64,000 nucleotides of DNA from Acaryochloridaceae cyanobacterium VAR_48_metabat_390 (GTDB taxonomy: Bacteria; Cyanobacteriota; Cyanobacteriia; Thermosynechococcales; Thermosynechococcaceae): NCBI GenBank assembly GCA_031422435.1, contig JANPLU010000033.1, positions 12,686-76,685 of the forward strand. The letters run 5' to 3'. The notes beneath the pieces were generated by a model. The model worked only from the letters and a program-made list of their open reading frames with translations, was not told the DNA's origin and searched no databases. The position numbers were made by a program, and so were the translations under genes. Shown in pieces: positions 28,508-38,771 of the stretch (within the stretch, counting starts at the first letter, position 1; each line of letters starts with the position of its first letter).

Positions 28508-28894
28508 TCATTGTCCGACTGGAATACAGGCAATACAGTCCCAGCGCTTGTACCTGCGATTGTAAACCCAGTAGCCTGTTCCACCCCCAAGAGGAGTACA
28601 AACGCCACAGTCATTACTGCTCAGTGCTGAAACAAGCGGAAGTAGCTGATTTTCCAGTGCTTGATATTGTATTTCTACAGCTTTAATCGTATCCAAAACA
28701 ATCTGTAGCTGTGTCTGAACTTCTTGAGACGTACTCAGACCTCCATCTAAGAGAGGGTTTAATAGATCAGAGGCTTTTGCGTAGTCTCCAAAGGCAAGAT
28801 ATACCTGTGCTTCATCAAAGGCAGAAGGATTAGATTTGAATTGATCTTCTGCATGCTGAAGTGCTTCATTGACGCTGGAGTGACGATCTAACAT
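28508..28894 (-). CDS. hypothetical 128 aa protein, helical N-terminus and C-terminal CxxC...CxxC
   Basis: AGGAAA RBS-like sequence before the ATG; same strand as and directly upstream of the TPS gene. Confidence 0.7.
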   Translation of the reverse strand: MLDRHSSVNEALQHAEDQFKSNPSAFDEAQVYLAFGDYAKASDLLNPLLDGGLSTSQEVQTQLQIVLDTIKAVEIQYQALENQLLPLVSALSSNDCGVCTPLGGGTGYWVYNRRYKRWDCIACIPVGQ

Positions 28895-29009
28895 GGTGTT
28901 TTCCTGAACAACAACAGGTTTAACGAGAATTCAAACGATTGGTTAAATGCTGAATTTTATTCGATGTGTATATATTTTTTAGGGTGAATCACGTTTGTTC
29001 CGCAACTCT

Positions 29010-29972
29010 TTATAAAAATTCACGTTCTGTTGTCCAGCGCCATCCAGGCCATTGCTCAGTCGGTAAAGGCAGCGCCTCCCCCGTAGCGGTATTTTGCATC
29101 AGCATCCCAAAGGCTCCAGCCCCTAAGCCTGCTTGAGGCCACATGCGATAGAAAGGTAGATCTGTTAGATGTGATTGATAATTCGTCAGATGTTGGACGG
29201 GTCGCGCTTTAAACTGCGGAAACTTTCGCAATAGCCACTGCCCTACCTGCTCATTTTCTTCTGGTGCAAAGGTGCAGGTGGTATAGACTAAATGCCCTCC
29301 TGGAGCCACTAACTGCGCCGCATTCGCTAAAATCCGCTTCTGCCGCTGGGCATTTTGCTTAATCGTCATGGGATGGAAACACCCCTCAGCCTTACTGCCT
29401 TTCGCTAATAGCGACTGTCCAGAACAAGGGGCGTCTACCACCACTAAGTCTGCCGTAGATGGTAGCCGCAGCGCTAAATGACTAGGGTCTGTACTGAGGA
29501 CGATCGCCGGATTCACCCCGCACCGCTTCAAATTTCCAATCAGCATCCCCACCCGTTTCCCGATGGTTTCATTACAGATGAGCTGATCGGGCTGGTGCGA
29601 TCGCCACATAAAAATACTCTTTCCTCCAGGTGCCGCACATACATCGATCGCCACCCTAGGATGGGTGGGCAGCGCCATCAAAACCGAAGCCGCAAACACC
29701 GAAGAAAAATCGAGGCAGTAATAATGCCCAGCTTCGTGGAGTGGATGGGCACCAGGGGTAGACCCAACCGCTAGGCGATCGACAAACTCCGGCTGCCAGG
29801 GAAGCGGCGGCTCTACCGCAAACGGCATCACATCAGGGCGCGGTTTCAGCCATAGAATACAGGATGGGTAAGGCTGTGGATCGGTGAGCGTTTGGACAAA
29901 TGTATTTTGGTCTACGGCATCATTAAATAGTTTTTGGCTCAATTTAATGAGCAGTTGAGACGCAGGTGCCAT
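29010..29972 (-). CDS. RsmB/NOL1/NOP2-family RNA m5C methyltransferase
   Basis: DVCAAPGGKS, DAPCSG, YTTCTFAPEENE. Confidence 0.9.
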   Translation of the reverse strand: MAPASQLLIKLSQKLFNDAVDQNTFVQTLTDPQPYPSCILWLKPRPDVMPFAVEPPLPWQPEFVDRLAVGSTPGAHPLHEAGHYYCLDFSSVFAASVLMALPTHPRVAIDVCAAPGGKSIFMWRSHQPDQLICNETIGKRVGMLIGNLKRCGVNPAIVLSTDPSHLALRLPSTADLVVVDAPCSGQSLLAKGSKAEGCFHPMTIKQNAQRQKRILANAAQLVAPGGHLVYTTCTFAPEENEQVGQWLLRKFPQFKARPVQHLTNYQSHLTDLPFYRMWPQAGLGAGAFGMLMQNTATGEALPLPTEQWPGWRWTTEREFL

Positions 29973-30016
29973 TGAACCCCTAAGACCTAAAAAAATGATG
30001 TGTAGGAAAAGCTATT

Positions 30017-31582
30017 TTGATTGACCTTGAGCGCTTGCCGCGTCCTTTGTTGGCTTTTGGGGTGCCGCTACTGTTTTTTGCGATCGCCCTTTGCATAATG
30101 CCCATCGCCGAAGTGCTTCAGTTTGACCCCGATGAAGGCATTGAGCTAGCAAAGGTTACGCTCTATCGCCAAGGCTATACCCTATACGACCAAATTTGGA
30201 ATGACCAGCCACCCCTCCTCACGATTTTGTTAGCGCAGTGGCTTGGGTTCTGGGGGCATAGTATCATAGCGGCGCGGCTGCTAATTCTGAGCTTTGCAGC
30301 GCTGTTGGTTGGAGCCTTTTACAGCACACTGCGGCTAACCGTTCGGCAACCCTATGCTTTGGCTGGCACCTTCGGGTTATGTCTGACGTTTGGCTTTTTG
30401 CAGTTGAGCGTGTCCGTTATGCGGGGCTTACCCGCCTTAGCCTTGGCGATGTTGGCTGTGTACTGGTTATGTCTGGGGATGTCTGGAGAGCCGTCGGGAG
30501 GGCAGACAGAACAATCTTTATGGCAAAGATCATGGCGATGCGGTTGGATTATGGCTTCAGGGGTGTGTTTTGGGCTATCGCTGCAAATTAAGTTTGTCAC
30601 CCTGCTGCTGGCTCCCGCGTGCTTAGGGCAACTTTTTAATCAAGGTACAACAAAAGGTGATCGCCCCGCTATTTTAGTAACGCTTTGGAGCATCTTCTGT
30701 GGGTTATCTTTTTTGGTCACCGGGCTGCTCACAGATGCCTTTCACCCCAGTCAACTGCTCGAGACTCATCTCAACGCTGCCACCCAAACCACCCTCCAGC
30801 AAGAACCGAGTTGGCTGAGGCTTTTGATGTTTTTGGCAGAGGATTTGGACTATTCAATATTGGCGGCAATCGGAGTCTGGCTGCTGCTGCGTCGCAATCT
30901 GTCACGCCACAATCCGGCCTTTCCTCTGTATTGGCTGCTCACCGCACTTGCTATTCTGAGTTTTCATCAGCCCCTTTGGGATCACTATTCTCTCTTTGTT
31001 GCGATTCCTGTCGTCTGGCTCGCAACTTATACCCTGGCTTATATCGCTCAGGTGTGGCCTTCCAAAAAACGTTGGAAACGCCCCATTTTTCGCAAAATAT
31101 TGGCGGCTCTGGTAATCTTTGCGATCGCCCTCATCCCCGTTAAGCTAGGCGTCAACGTTGTGATCAATCAACAGCTTACCCAAGCCTCTCACCAACAGTT
31201 TCTTGTCATTGCAGCGCTCCTGAAGTACCAAGCTCAAACCCGCTGGCTCTTTACTGACCTCCCGATCGCGTCTTTTTATGCCAACCTCAAAGTTCCACCA
31301 GAGCTAGCGGTTTTTTCCACCAAACGGATCGAATCCGGTAGCCTCAGCAATGATAAACTCTTAACCCTATTACAAACTTATCAGCCCGAACAGGTCTTGC
31401 TGGGACGCTATCCAAACATTCAGGCTGCTTTGCAGCCCTACCTGGCCGCTCACTATGTGAGACAGTACAAGCAAGCGCAAATCTCGCTGTACGTCATAAG
31501 GTCGCTGATAGAAACGCAATCTCCCATTATTCCTGCCATTTCCGCAACTCACTTTAGCAATTCCACATTCAAACAGCCTTAA
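30017..31582 (+). CDS. GT-C fold membrane glycosyltransferase (ArnT/PMT-like)
   Basis: FDPDEG after TM1, WNDQPPL, many TM helices. Confidence 0.75.
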   Translation: MIDLERLPRPLLAFGVPLLFFAIALCIMPIAEVLQFDPDEGIELAKVTLYRQGYTLYDQIWNDQPPLLTILLAQWLGFWGHSIIAARLLILSFAALLVGAFYSTLRLTVRQPYALAGTFGLCLTFGFLQLSVSVMRGLPALALAMLAVYWLCLGMSGEPSGGQTEQSLWQRSWRCGWIMASGVCFGLSLQIKFVTLLLAPACLGQLFNQGTTKGDRPAILVTLWSIFCGLSFLVTGLLTDAFHPSQLLETHLNAATQTTLQQEPSWLRLLMFLAEDLDYSILAAIGVWLLLRRNLSRHNPAFPLYWLLTALAILSFHQPLWDHYSLFVAIPVVWLATYTLAYIAQVWPSKKRWKRPIFRKILAALVIFAIALIPVKLGVNVVINQQLTQASHQQFLVIAALLKYQAQTRWLFTDLPIASFYANLKVPPELAVFSTKRIESGSLSNDKLLTLLQTYQPEQVLLGRYPNIQAALQPYLAAHYVRQYKQAQISLYVIRSLIETQSPIIPAISATHFSNSTFKQP

Positions 31583-31596
31583 GCACTACTGAGTTA

Positions 31597-31762
31597 GGAT
31601 CGTGGATTAAATAACTTATACAGAAGCGATACACATTGCACTGCCCTCATCCCCTAACCCCTTCTCCCTAAGGAGAAGGGGAACCAGATTCTTGCTCCCC
31701 TCTCCCTAGGGAGAGGGGCTGGGGGTGAGGGCAGTGCAATAAGGTTATTTAATCCATGATCC
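31597..31762. mobile_element. MITE copy 2 with TTA target-site duplication
   Basis: TIRs GGATCGTGGATTAAATAAC / GTTATTTAATCCATGATCC (18/19), TTA on both flanks, internal nested palindromes. Confidence 0.85.
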
Positions 31763-31809
31763 TTAGAGCCGAAACAGTCGCCTATGATAATCTGATCAGC
31801 AACAGATTA

Positions 31810-33966
31810 ATGGCAGCGACCAACGAACTCAAGCGCAGTGGTTCACTCTTTTTGATGAAACGGCTATTTATTTACCAGAGCCGATATCTTGATCTGCTCG
31901 GTCTGATGGGTCTGATCGCGATCACCCTTGCCATCACGACTTTCTATATTTCTCAGGAGCAATATTTTTACTTCTGGGACTATACTCACTACTCAGACCG
32001 CGTCAGTCAATGGGTGGCAAAGCTCTACGAATCACCGTTTAAAGCGCTAGAAAACTTTGTCGATTATTTGGGCGATGACTATACTCAAATTCCGTCAATA
32101 CCGCTGATGCCTTTTGCGCTGGTGTTTGGAAACTCGCGCCTCGTCTTTATTTTGAGCCTTGCCTTAGTCTATGTGGTTTCCTTTTGCTTAACGATGGGGA
32201 CGATCGCCACTCAAGTCATTGCCGCTAACGCAAGATCTGTGTTTTGGTTAGCGGCCTACTTATCTATCCTAATGCCTGCGACTTGGTCATCCATTCTCCG
32301 AGGCTACCCCGATTTGGGGGGCGCTTCCTTGATGAGTCTAGCGATTCTTTTCTACTGGAAAGAGCCTCAGCTTAAGACGCGTAACCGAATGATTCAACTT
32401 GCACTGATTCTGGCGATCGCCGTGTGGTTCCGTCGTCCCTTTGCCTACAGCGTACGGGCCTTTTTTGCGACGCTATTGGTTGAGGCCATCCTAAACTATC
32501 TCGTGTATCGCAGACAGAAACCCAAGGCTGCACTCAATGCTTTTACAGCAAGTTGCATTAAGCTCTTCAAAACTGGTGGCTGGTTTCTGATCTTTTCGCC
32601 CGTTTTAGTCTTTAAAGTTTTGTTCGTTGACTATCGCACCCTCTATGCGTCCTACGAACTCAGCGTCCTAGAAGGTCTGCAATACTATGTCAGTGAGTTT
32701 GGTGGGTTGATCTGTACGTTAGCCTTACTGGGCTATGGCGCTGGGTTGTGGGTACAGAATACTCGATATCGAGAGCACAGATTTTTATTAATCTGGGGTG
32801 GCCTTTCTATCACGCAGTGGATTTTTCTGGCAAAACAAAATGGCGCTCACTACACCATCCACTTCAGCCCATTTATTATTGTCGGCCTTGTTTTGTTTGC
32901 GTTCTCTGTAAGACGCATTTTGAGCACTAATTCTAGGCTATGGTTTCCTCTTCTCTTTGCAGGCGTGGGGCTAACCTCGTTTAACCTACTGTCTGGACTC
33001 ACAAGTTTTGGACTCAGAACCTATTCGTTTAGATCTTTATTTGCCGTTGCAAAGCCTCCCTTATATCGAACCGACTATCAGGAATTTGCGCATTTAATCA
33101 GCTTTTTGCGAAAGATTACGTCCGGACAGCCTTTAGACAAGAAAAATATTTATGTTGCAGCTTCCTCGCAAACTTTGACGAGCGATGCGATTCTGGCAGG
33201 CGATCGCCAGCTTTACCCTAAAAGCCAGCTCACGGTCTTAAGAACTTCAAATATTGACTCCCGCGATGTATATCCCCTTAATGCGCTCATGAAAGCCCAC
33301 TTTGTGGTGGTTGCCGTACCAGTGCAGTATCACATCAAGCCAGACGAGCAGAAAGTTGTCCGAGTGGTGGTGGATACTTTCCAACAGAATCAGCTTTTTT
33401 CTAGAGACTTTCAGCCATTTTCCAATGAGTTTACTCTAGAAAATGGCGTACAGGTCAGAGTCTATCAGCGGATTCGCGCAACGCCCCTTTCTACCGTCAT
33501 TGCAATGCTTCAGGCCATGCAAGTCAAAGTTGATCGTCAGCCCGGTCGTGAACCATATTGGCTTACGCTTCAGTCAGAGGAGCCTATCAACATTGAAAAA
33601 GACATTGTTCGTACCGTTCAGATTAGAGATATCCCTCTTCGGAGCCTTGAACCCTCTTCTTTTTTGTATTTCGGCTCCCTCTCACCCTCCATCGCCCTGA
33701 ATGCAACGCTCAACACTTCCCGATGTCCAGTCTCTGGCGAATTTTCTCTAAGAGTTTCGGCTCTCAATGTTCAAGGTCAGGTACTCACCACTCAAATCTG
33801 GTCAAATTCTAAAGGAAATGAGATCAATGTCCGCTTCAAAGATTTACCCCCGCAGGCATCTTACTTACGCTTAGACCTTCAGTTTCTCAATCCTACCTCA
33901 GCACGGCAGACTGACCCAGACTGCTCCATTTCGGTCAATAACATGGTGGTCTCAAAGGTAAAGTGA
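31810..33966 (+). CDS. polytopic membrane protein, probable GT-C glycosyltransferase with C-terminal soluble domain
   Basis: YFYFWD loop after TM1, LRGYPD, many TMs; the track start at 31756 lies inside the MITE TIR, so the real start is 31810 or 31855. Confidence 0.6.
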   Translation: MAATNELKRSGSLFLMKRLFIYQSRYLDLLGLMGLIAITLAITTFYISQEQYFYFWDYTHYSDRVSQWVAKLYESPFKALENFVDYLGDDYTQIPSIPLMPFALVFGNSRLVFILSLALVYVVSFCLTMGTIATQVIAANARSVFWLAAYLSILMPATWSSILRGYPDLGGASLMSLAILFYWKEPQLKTRNRMIQLALILAIAVWFRRPFAYSVRAFFATLLVEAILNYLVYRRQKPKAALNAFTASCIKLFKTGGWFLIFSPVLVFKVLFVDYRTLYASYELSVLEGLQYYVSEFGGLICTLALLGYGAGLWVQNTRYREHRFLLIWGGLSITQWIFLAKQNGAHYTIHFSPFIIVGLVLFAFSVRRILSTNSRLWFPLLFAGVGLTSFNLLSGLTSFGLRTYSFRSLFAVAKPPLYRTDYQEFAHLISFLRKITSGQPLDKKNIYVAASSQTLTSDAILAGDRQLYPKSQLTVLRTSNIDSRDVYPLNALMKAHFVVVAVPVQYHIKPDEQKVVRVVVDTFQQNQLFSRDFQPFSNEFTLENGVQVRVYQRIRATPLSTVIAMLQAMQVKVDRQPGREPYWLTLQSEEPINIEKDIVRTVQIRDIPLRSLEPSSFLYFGSLSPSIALNATLNTSRCPVSGEFSLRVSALNVQGQVLTTQIWSNSKGNEINVRFKDLPPQASYLRLDLQFLNPTSARQTDPDCSISVNNMVVSKVK

Positions 33967-34197
33967 TCCAAGGGTATAGGATTTAGGCGATCGCCACCAG
34001 ATTTGTCTTATTGCAAACCTCACGGAAGCTAGCTCAAACCGTCAGACCACTGTATTGACCCACACCGCTCTCAACCTGTAAAGTTGCAGACTGAGAGCGT
34101 GAGAGGCAAAACTCTTGTTTAGCATTGAATACAATCTAAGGGGCGCTGAGCGCTCTGAAGGTGTAGGGTTGTTTCTATTAAGGTCTAAATTGATCTC

Positions 34198-35367
34198 GTG
34201 CAAAGCCGTTCCCTGATGGATCTTGTTCCCGAAAGCCCTACAGATTTTGTCGAACTTTCGATTGTGATGCCTTGTCTTAACGAGTCAGAAACGCTCTCCA
34301 TCTGTATTACAAAGGCTCAGTGGTATATTCAGCAGCAGCATTTAGCCGCAGAGATCATCATTGCCGACAACGGCAGCACCGATGGTTCCCAGGCGATCGC
34401 CACAGGTTTTGGTGTGAAAGTGATTGAGGTAAGTGATCGTGGTTATGGCAGTGCACTTCGGGCAGGGATCGCCGCCGCCAAGGGACAGTACATCATCATG
34501 GGCGACGCAGACAATAGCTATGACTTTACCCAGCTTTCTCCCTTTATTGACCAGTTACGGGCAGGCTATGACCTTGTAATGGGCAATCGATTTCGGGGTG
34601 GCATTCAGCCCGGTGCGATGCCGCCGCTCCATCGCTATTTAGGGAACCCTGTGTTGACCTGGATTGGTCGACTCTTTTTTGCAAGTCCCTGCCAAGATTT
34701 TCACTGTGGGCTGCGGGGCTTTCGGAAGGACGCGATTGAAGCCTTGGGTTTACGCACGACAGGCATGGAATTTGCTAGTGAGATGGTGGTCAAGGCCACA
34801 CTTTACCGTCTCAAAATTGCTGAAGTCTCCACCACATTGTCCCCTGATGGTCGTAGCCGCCCACCCCATCTAAGATCATGGCGAGATGGATGGCGACACC
34901 TGCGTTTTTTACTGCTGTACAGTCCCCGATGGCTATTTCTATACCCTGGATTGCTCTTAATGCTGGTGGGGTTTGTGAGTACACTTTTCCTGCTGTCTGG
35001 GCCAAAGGTGCATACTTTGCTGTACTCATCCACGGCGATGCTAATTGGGTTTCAGATTGCGCTATTCTCAATCTTTACTAAAGCCTTTGGCATGAACGAA
35101 GGTCTATTGCCAACTGATCGGCGGTTTCAGAAGCTGTTGCGATATCTCAATTTAGAAGTAGGCTTAATAGTGGGAGCAATTCTAATTCTTATGGGTTTTG
35201 GCGGAACGGTCTACGCTTTTAGTAGGTGGCAGAGTCAGCTTTTTGGAGCCTTAGACCCTGCTGAAACGATGCGAGTTGTCATTCCTTCCGTAACCTGTTT
35301 TGCGCTTGGGTTCCAGGTTGTGTTTTCTAGCTTTTTTCTGAGCGTGCTGAACTTAAAGACTAAATAA
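34198..35367 (+). CDS. GT2 polyprenol-phosphate glycosyltransferase (DPM/GtrB-like) with C-terminal TMs
   Basis: SIVMPCLNE, DNGSTDGS, GYGSA, MGDADNSYD, DFHCGLRGF, HLRSWRDGWRHL. Confidence 0.9.
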   Translation: MQSRSLMDLVPESPTDFVELSIVMPCLNESETLSICITKAQWYIQQQHLAAEIIIADNGSTDGSQAIATGFGVKVIEVSDRGYGSALRAGIAAAKGQYIIMGDADNSYDFTQLSPFIDQLRAGYDLVMGNRFRGGIQPGAMPPLHRYLGNPVLTWIGRLFFASPCQDFHCGLRGFRKDAIEALGLRTTGMEFASEMVVKATLYRLKIAEVSTTLSPDGRSRPPHLRSWRDGWRHLRFLLLYSPRWLFLYPGLLLMLVGFVSTLFLLSGPKVHTLLYSSTAMLIGFQIALFSIFTKAFGMNEGLLPTDRRFQKLLRYLNLEVGLIVGAILILMGFGGTVYAFSRWQSQLFGALDPAETMRVVIPSVTCFALGFQVVFSSFFLSVLNLKTK

Positions 35368-35413
35368 GCGTTCCAAATCAGTTTATTTACTCATGGTAGG
35401 GTGAAAGAGCATC

Positions 35414-36262
35414 GTGATAGATAAAAATCTATTAAAACAGTTTCTACATGATTATCCATTTCAGCCCGCCACTGCCGTTTGGAGAGCTTCAGAGATTGCC
35501 CATGTCCTTCAATACCCATTCCCCGCGGGGTATGGCCTTGATTTAGGGTGTGGTGACGGTCGGCTGACCAACATTATATTTGAACAAGTGGGTCGTCGAG
35601 ATACGGTTGGAATTGACCTTGACCCCAGCGAAACGGCTTTAGCAGAAAAGTTAAAGCTCTATCGACACATTCACGTCGCGCCTGCCGATCAAATTCCAGA
35701 GGCAGATAACACCTTTGATTGGGTATTTTCAAATTCAGTCCTAGAACATATCCCAAATCTTGATGAGGTTCTTCGAGAGGTTTCTCGGGTACTCAAGCCA
35801 GGGGGGCATTTTTTACTCACGGTGCCAGGTCAAAATTTTCATTCCTGTTTGCGAGGTCCGTTGTGGCCTTGGTCTGATCGCAAAGCCTATCTAGATGAAG
35901 TGGATGCTCGATTTGCCTGTCTGCGCTACTGGAGTCCCGATGAATGGTCGGCACATCTTCAGCTCCATAGCCTAGAAATCCAGCGGTCTACGTTTTACCA
36001 AACACCCGCTGAAGCACAGCGGTGGGAAACGATCGCCCGCTTTACCTCTGGCATTCTTTACGGTCTCATTGGCCGTCGGAAACAGCCGATCGAAATTCAG
36101 CGATCGCTCGGCGTCAGAAAACCTAGTGCGAAAATGCCTTGGGTTTTGGCCAGTATTCTAAGTCAGGTACTAGCGCTAGGGTTAGACAGTAAAAAATCTG
36201 ACTCAGACGAAGCTTTGATGGGTGGGCTCATGCTGCTCATTCAAAAACGTACATCGTCGTAG
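35414..36262 (+). CDS. class I SAM-dependent methyltransferase
   Basis: LDLGCGDG, FDWVFSNSVLEHI, RVLKPGG. Confidence 0.88.
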   Translation: MIDKNLLKQFLHDYPFQPATAVWRASEIAHVLQYPFPAGYGLDLGCGDGRLTNIIFEQVGRRDTVGIDLDPSETALAEKLKLYRHIHVAPADQIPEADNTFDWVFSNSVLEHIPNLDEVLREVSRVLKPGGHFLLTVPGQNFHSCLRGPLWPWSDRKAYLDEVDARFACLRYWSPDEWSAHLQLHSLEIQRSTFYQTPAEAQRWETIARFTSGILYGLIGRRKQPIEIQRSLGVRKPSAKMPWVLASILSQVLALGLDSKKSDSDEALMGGLMLLIQKRTSS

Positions 36263-36310
36263 GGTCTCCCCCGGGCGTACTCAAAGAATAAGATTTCAGA
36301 GAACAAGTGA

Positions 36311-37186
36311 ATGCAGGCTACCTGTCAACTGTGCGAGTGTAAAGACTACCGCGAAGTCTTTACCAAGAAGGGCTACGCTCATCTTCAATGTAATCACTGC
36401 CGCAGTATATATGTCTTTCCCAGGCCTAGTGATGCTGAACTGATTGCATTTTATCGACAAGATGTAGAGCATCTCTCAACATCCTGTTGGCAAGATTCCC
36501 ATCGACATGCATGGGATTTATGGAGACAGACCTTAAAGATGGCAAAAACTAAGGCCGGAACTGGAAAACTGCTAGACATTGGCTGCGGCACGGGTGAATT
36601 TATACGGTTTGCACAGCAGGAAGGCTGGGAAGATGTAGAAGGTATTGAGGTTGTGCCTGAGGTCGCAGCGATCGCCGCTCAAAATACAGGCGCAAAAATA
36701 TACGCCACAGACTTTTGGAGCGCTCCCCTCAACCCTGGCAACTACTCGGTTATTGCCATTTGGGACGTGATTGAGCATCTCAGAGATGTTAGAACTAACC
36801 TCAGCCGCATGTATGATTTGCTAAAGCCAGGGGGCGTTTTGATTATTGGAACCGTTAACCGTGATGGGTTCTCAATTAAAACCCTGCGGCACCATGCCCG
36901 AACCTTTGGTCCTCCCGAACATCTCACCTTTTTTACCCGACAGGGGACTCGTCTGGCGTTAACAGCTCAAAAATTCAGAAGTATTAACCAGTGGTCTTCG
37001 TTTATATACCTGCAAGAATGGACTCGTTTTCTGCCCAAAAGCAAACATCCATCCAGCAATAAAATTAAGAGTAGTCATCTCAAGTTAACAGAGACAGTCC
37101 TGTTTTTATTTTTTGTTAAGCTGGTAAACATTATCCTCAGATTCACGAACCTCGGCGATGAGCTTGTTATCGTTGCACAAAAATAA
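36311..37186 (+). CDS. class I SAM-dependent methyltransferase with N-terminal Zn-binding motif
   Basis: CQLC...CNHC, LLDIGCGTG, WDVIEH, LKPGG, PPEHL. Confidence 0.88.
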   Translation: MQATCQLCECKDYREVFTKKGYAHLQCNHCRSIYVFPRPSDAELIAFYRQDVEHLSTSCWQDSHRHAWDLWRQTLKMAKTKAGTGKLLDIGCGTGEFIRFAQQEGWEDVEGIEVVPEVAAIAAQNTGAKIYATDFWSAPLNPGNYSVIAIWDVIEHLRDVRTNLSRMYDLLKPGGVLIIGTVNRDGFSIKTLRHHARTFGPPEHLTFFTRQGTRLALTAQKFRSINQWSSFIYLQEWTRFLPKSKHPSSNKIKSSHLKLTETVLFLFFVKLVNIILRFTNLGDELVIVAQK

Positions 37187-37222
37187 TATACAGAACTAAT
37201 GATCAGAGTGATTGCGGGCTAA

Positions 37223-37633
37223 ATGCAGATTACTGACTTTCTATCAAAACATCAAAAGAAGCTCATTCAATTTCTTAAATTTTTATTCTTTGGTGCATTT
37301 GGATATTGTTTTTCTATATCTCTTCTGATTGGTTTTAAGGAGTTTCTACAGATTCATTATCTTATTGCTTGGCTTTTGGCTTGGGTTCTCACAAATTTTT
37401 TCACATTTTTCTTTAATAATAAATATACCTTTAAGAGTGTTGATGAAACAAACCTATGGTTAAAGCTCCTAAAGTACTATGTTGTCAACCTTTCTAGCTT
37501 TTTAATCACCTTAGTCTTAATGTACATTTTGGTTGAGCTATTCAAGATATACTATCTGACGGCAACGATTGGAATCTCCCTGGTTCTTCTGGGCTACAAC
37601 TTCATGATTCATAGAATCTGGAGTTTTAAATAG
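37223..37633 (+). CDS. GtrA-family flippase-like protein
   Basis: 136 aa, 4 TMs, FLKF..FG, NNKYTF, YNF..HRIWSF. Confidence 0.85.
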   Translation: MQITDFLSKHQKKLIQFLKFLFFGAFGYCFSISLLIGFKEFLQIHYLIAWLLAWVLTNFFTFFFNNKYTFKSVDETNLWLKLLKYYVVNLSSFLITLVLMYILVELFKIYYLTATIGISLVLLGYNFMIHRIWSFK

Positions 37634-37646
37634 TATCTTCTAAAAA

Positions 37647-38771
37647 ATGAAAATAGCAATCATCACTGAAGCATTTTTTCCCAATATCGGTGGTATGGAG
37701 GTCAGCTTTTTGGAGCTGGGTCGTGCCCTCGTCAAGCTAGGGCATGAAGTCGAGGTCTACACGCTTTGGCTGAATCAAGGCGATCCCCCAGAAGACAGCA
37801 TCGGTTCTATTAAAATTCATCGAATCACTAAGGCATTTCGGTACTTTGAAAGTATTTGGGGATTGCGTAATTATCCAGATGTACTTCGATTTACAATTGA
37901 TTTAATCAAATTGAATCAATTATTGAATCAATTTGATTTTATTGTCTTCAATCTTTGGCCAGTTGTTCCAGCGCTTGTATTGCCGCGCTTTGTAAAATCT
38001 AAACTGGCTGTTTACTGGTGTGAAATATACGACAAACCTTTCTGGCGAGTTATTTATAAATTAATCATCCGTTTTGGTCCAAAGCTCCACTGCGGCGTTA
38101 ATCAAAACATTTGCGATTTTCTCCAGCACAACTATCAGATTCCTGAAAAGCGCCTTAAAGTGCTGATTAGTGGTGTCTACTCCAGTCTGTATGGAAGCGA
38201 TCACTCAACAAAACGCAATCGCTCCATTTTATTCTTCGGTCGATTAGCCCCGCATAAAGACCCTGAAGCCGTCATCAAAGCCTTTTTAGTGCGACAGCTC
38301 CATCAGAAAGGTTACGAACTCAACGTGGTGGGCGGTGGCCCCCTGTATGAGTCGCTGCTCAGTCAGTATCAGCACCAACGCGGCATCAAAATTCACGGTG
38401 TAGTTGATGAAGATCGCAAAATCGAGTTTCTACAACGCGCCAGCTTACTGGTCTTACCTTCCAAACGGGAAGGTTTTCCGAGAGTTTGTGCGGAAGCCAC
38501 AGCGGCAGGCACCCCTATTCTGACGGTTCTATATCCCTCCAACGGAACGGTTAATATTGTGACTCAGTATGGGATTGGCTGGCTTTCTAACCCAAACCAG
38601 TCTGAGTTTGCCGAAAAAATTGAGCGCTACGGAAATATGGAATATGAAGAATGGGAATTAGTCTCTTCACGCTGTCAAAAGATAGCTAAAACAAAATTTG
38701 ATTGGAATATTGTTGTCCAAGAATTTTTGGCCCCAGATTTTTTAGAGCCTGCAAGGACTGAGCCAGCATGA
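37647..38771 (+). CDS. GT4 glycosyltransferase
   Basis: FFPNIGGME, GHEVEV, FGRLAPHK, PSKREGFPRVCAEA. Confidence 0.9.
   Translation: MKIAIITEAFFPNIGGMEVSFLELGRALVKLGHEVEVYTLWLNQGDPPEDSIGSIKIHRITKAFRYFESIWGLRNYPDVLRFTIDLIKLNQLLNQFDFIVFNLWPVVPALVLPRFVKSKLAVYWCEIYDKPFWRVIYKLIIRFGPKLHCGVNQNICDFLQHNYQIPEKRLKVLISGVYSSLYGSDHSTKRNRSILFFGRLAPHKDPEAVIKAFLVRQLHQKGYELNVVGGGPLYESLLSQYQHQRGIKIHGVVDEDRKIEFLQRASLLVLPSKREGFPRVCAEATAAGTPILTVLYPSNGTVNIVTQYGIGWLSNPNQSEFAEKIERYGNMEYEEWELVSSRCQKIAKTKFDWNIVVQEFLAPDFLEPARTEPA

Noticed and set aside
34045..34100. Hairpin CGCTCTCA...TGAGAGCG as a riboswitch or ncRNA
   Set aside because: No recognisable aptamer consensus; could be a simple terminator or stabiliser.
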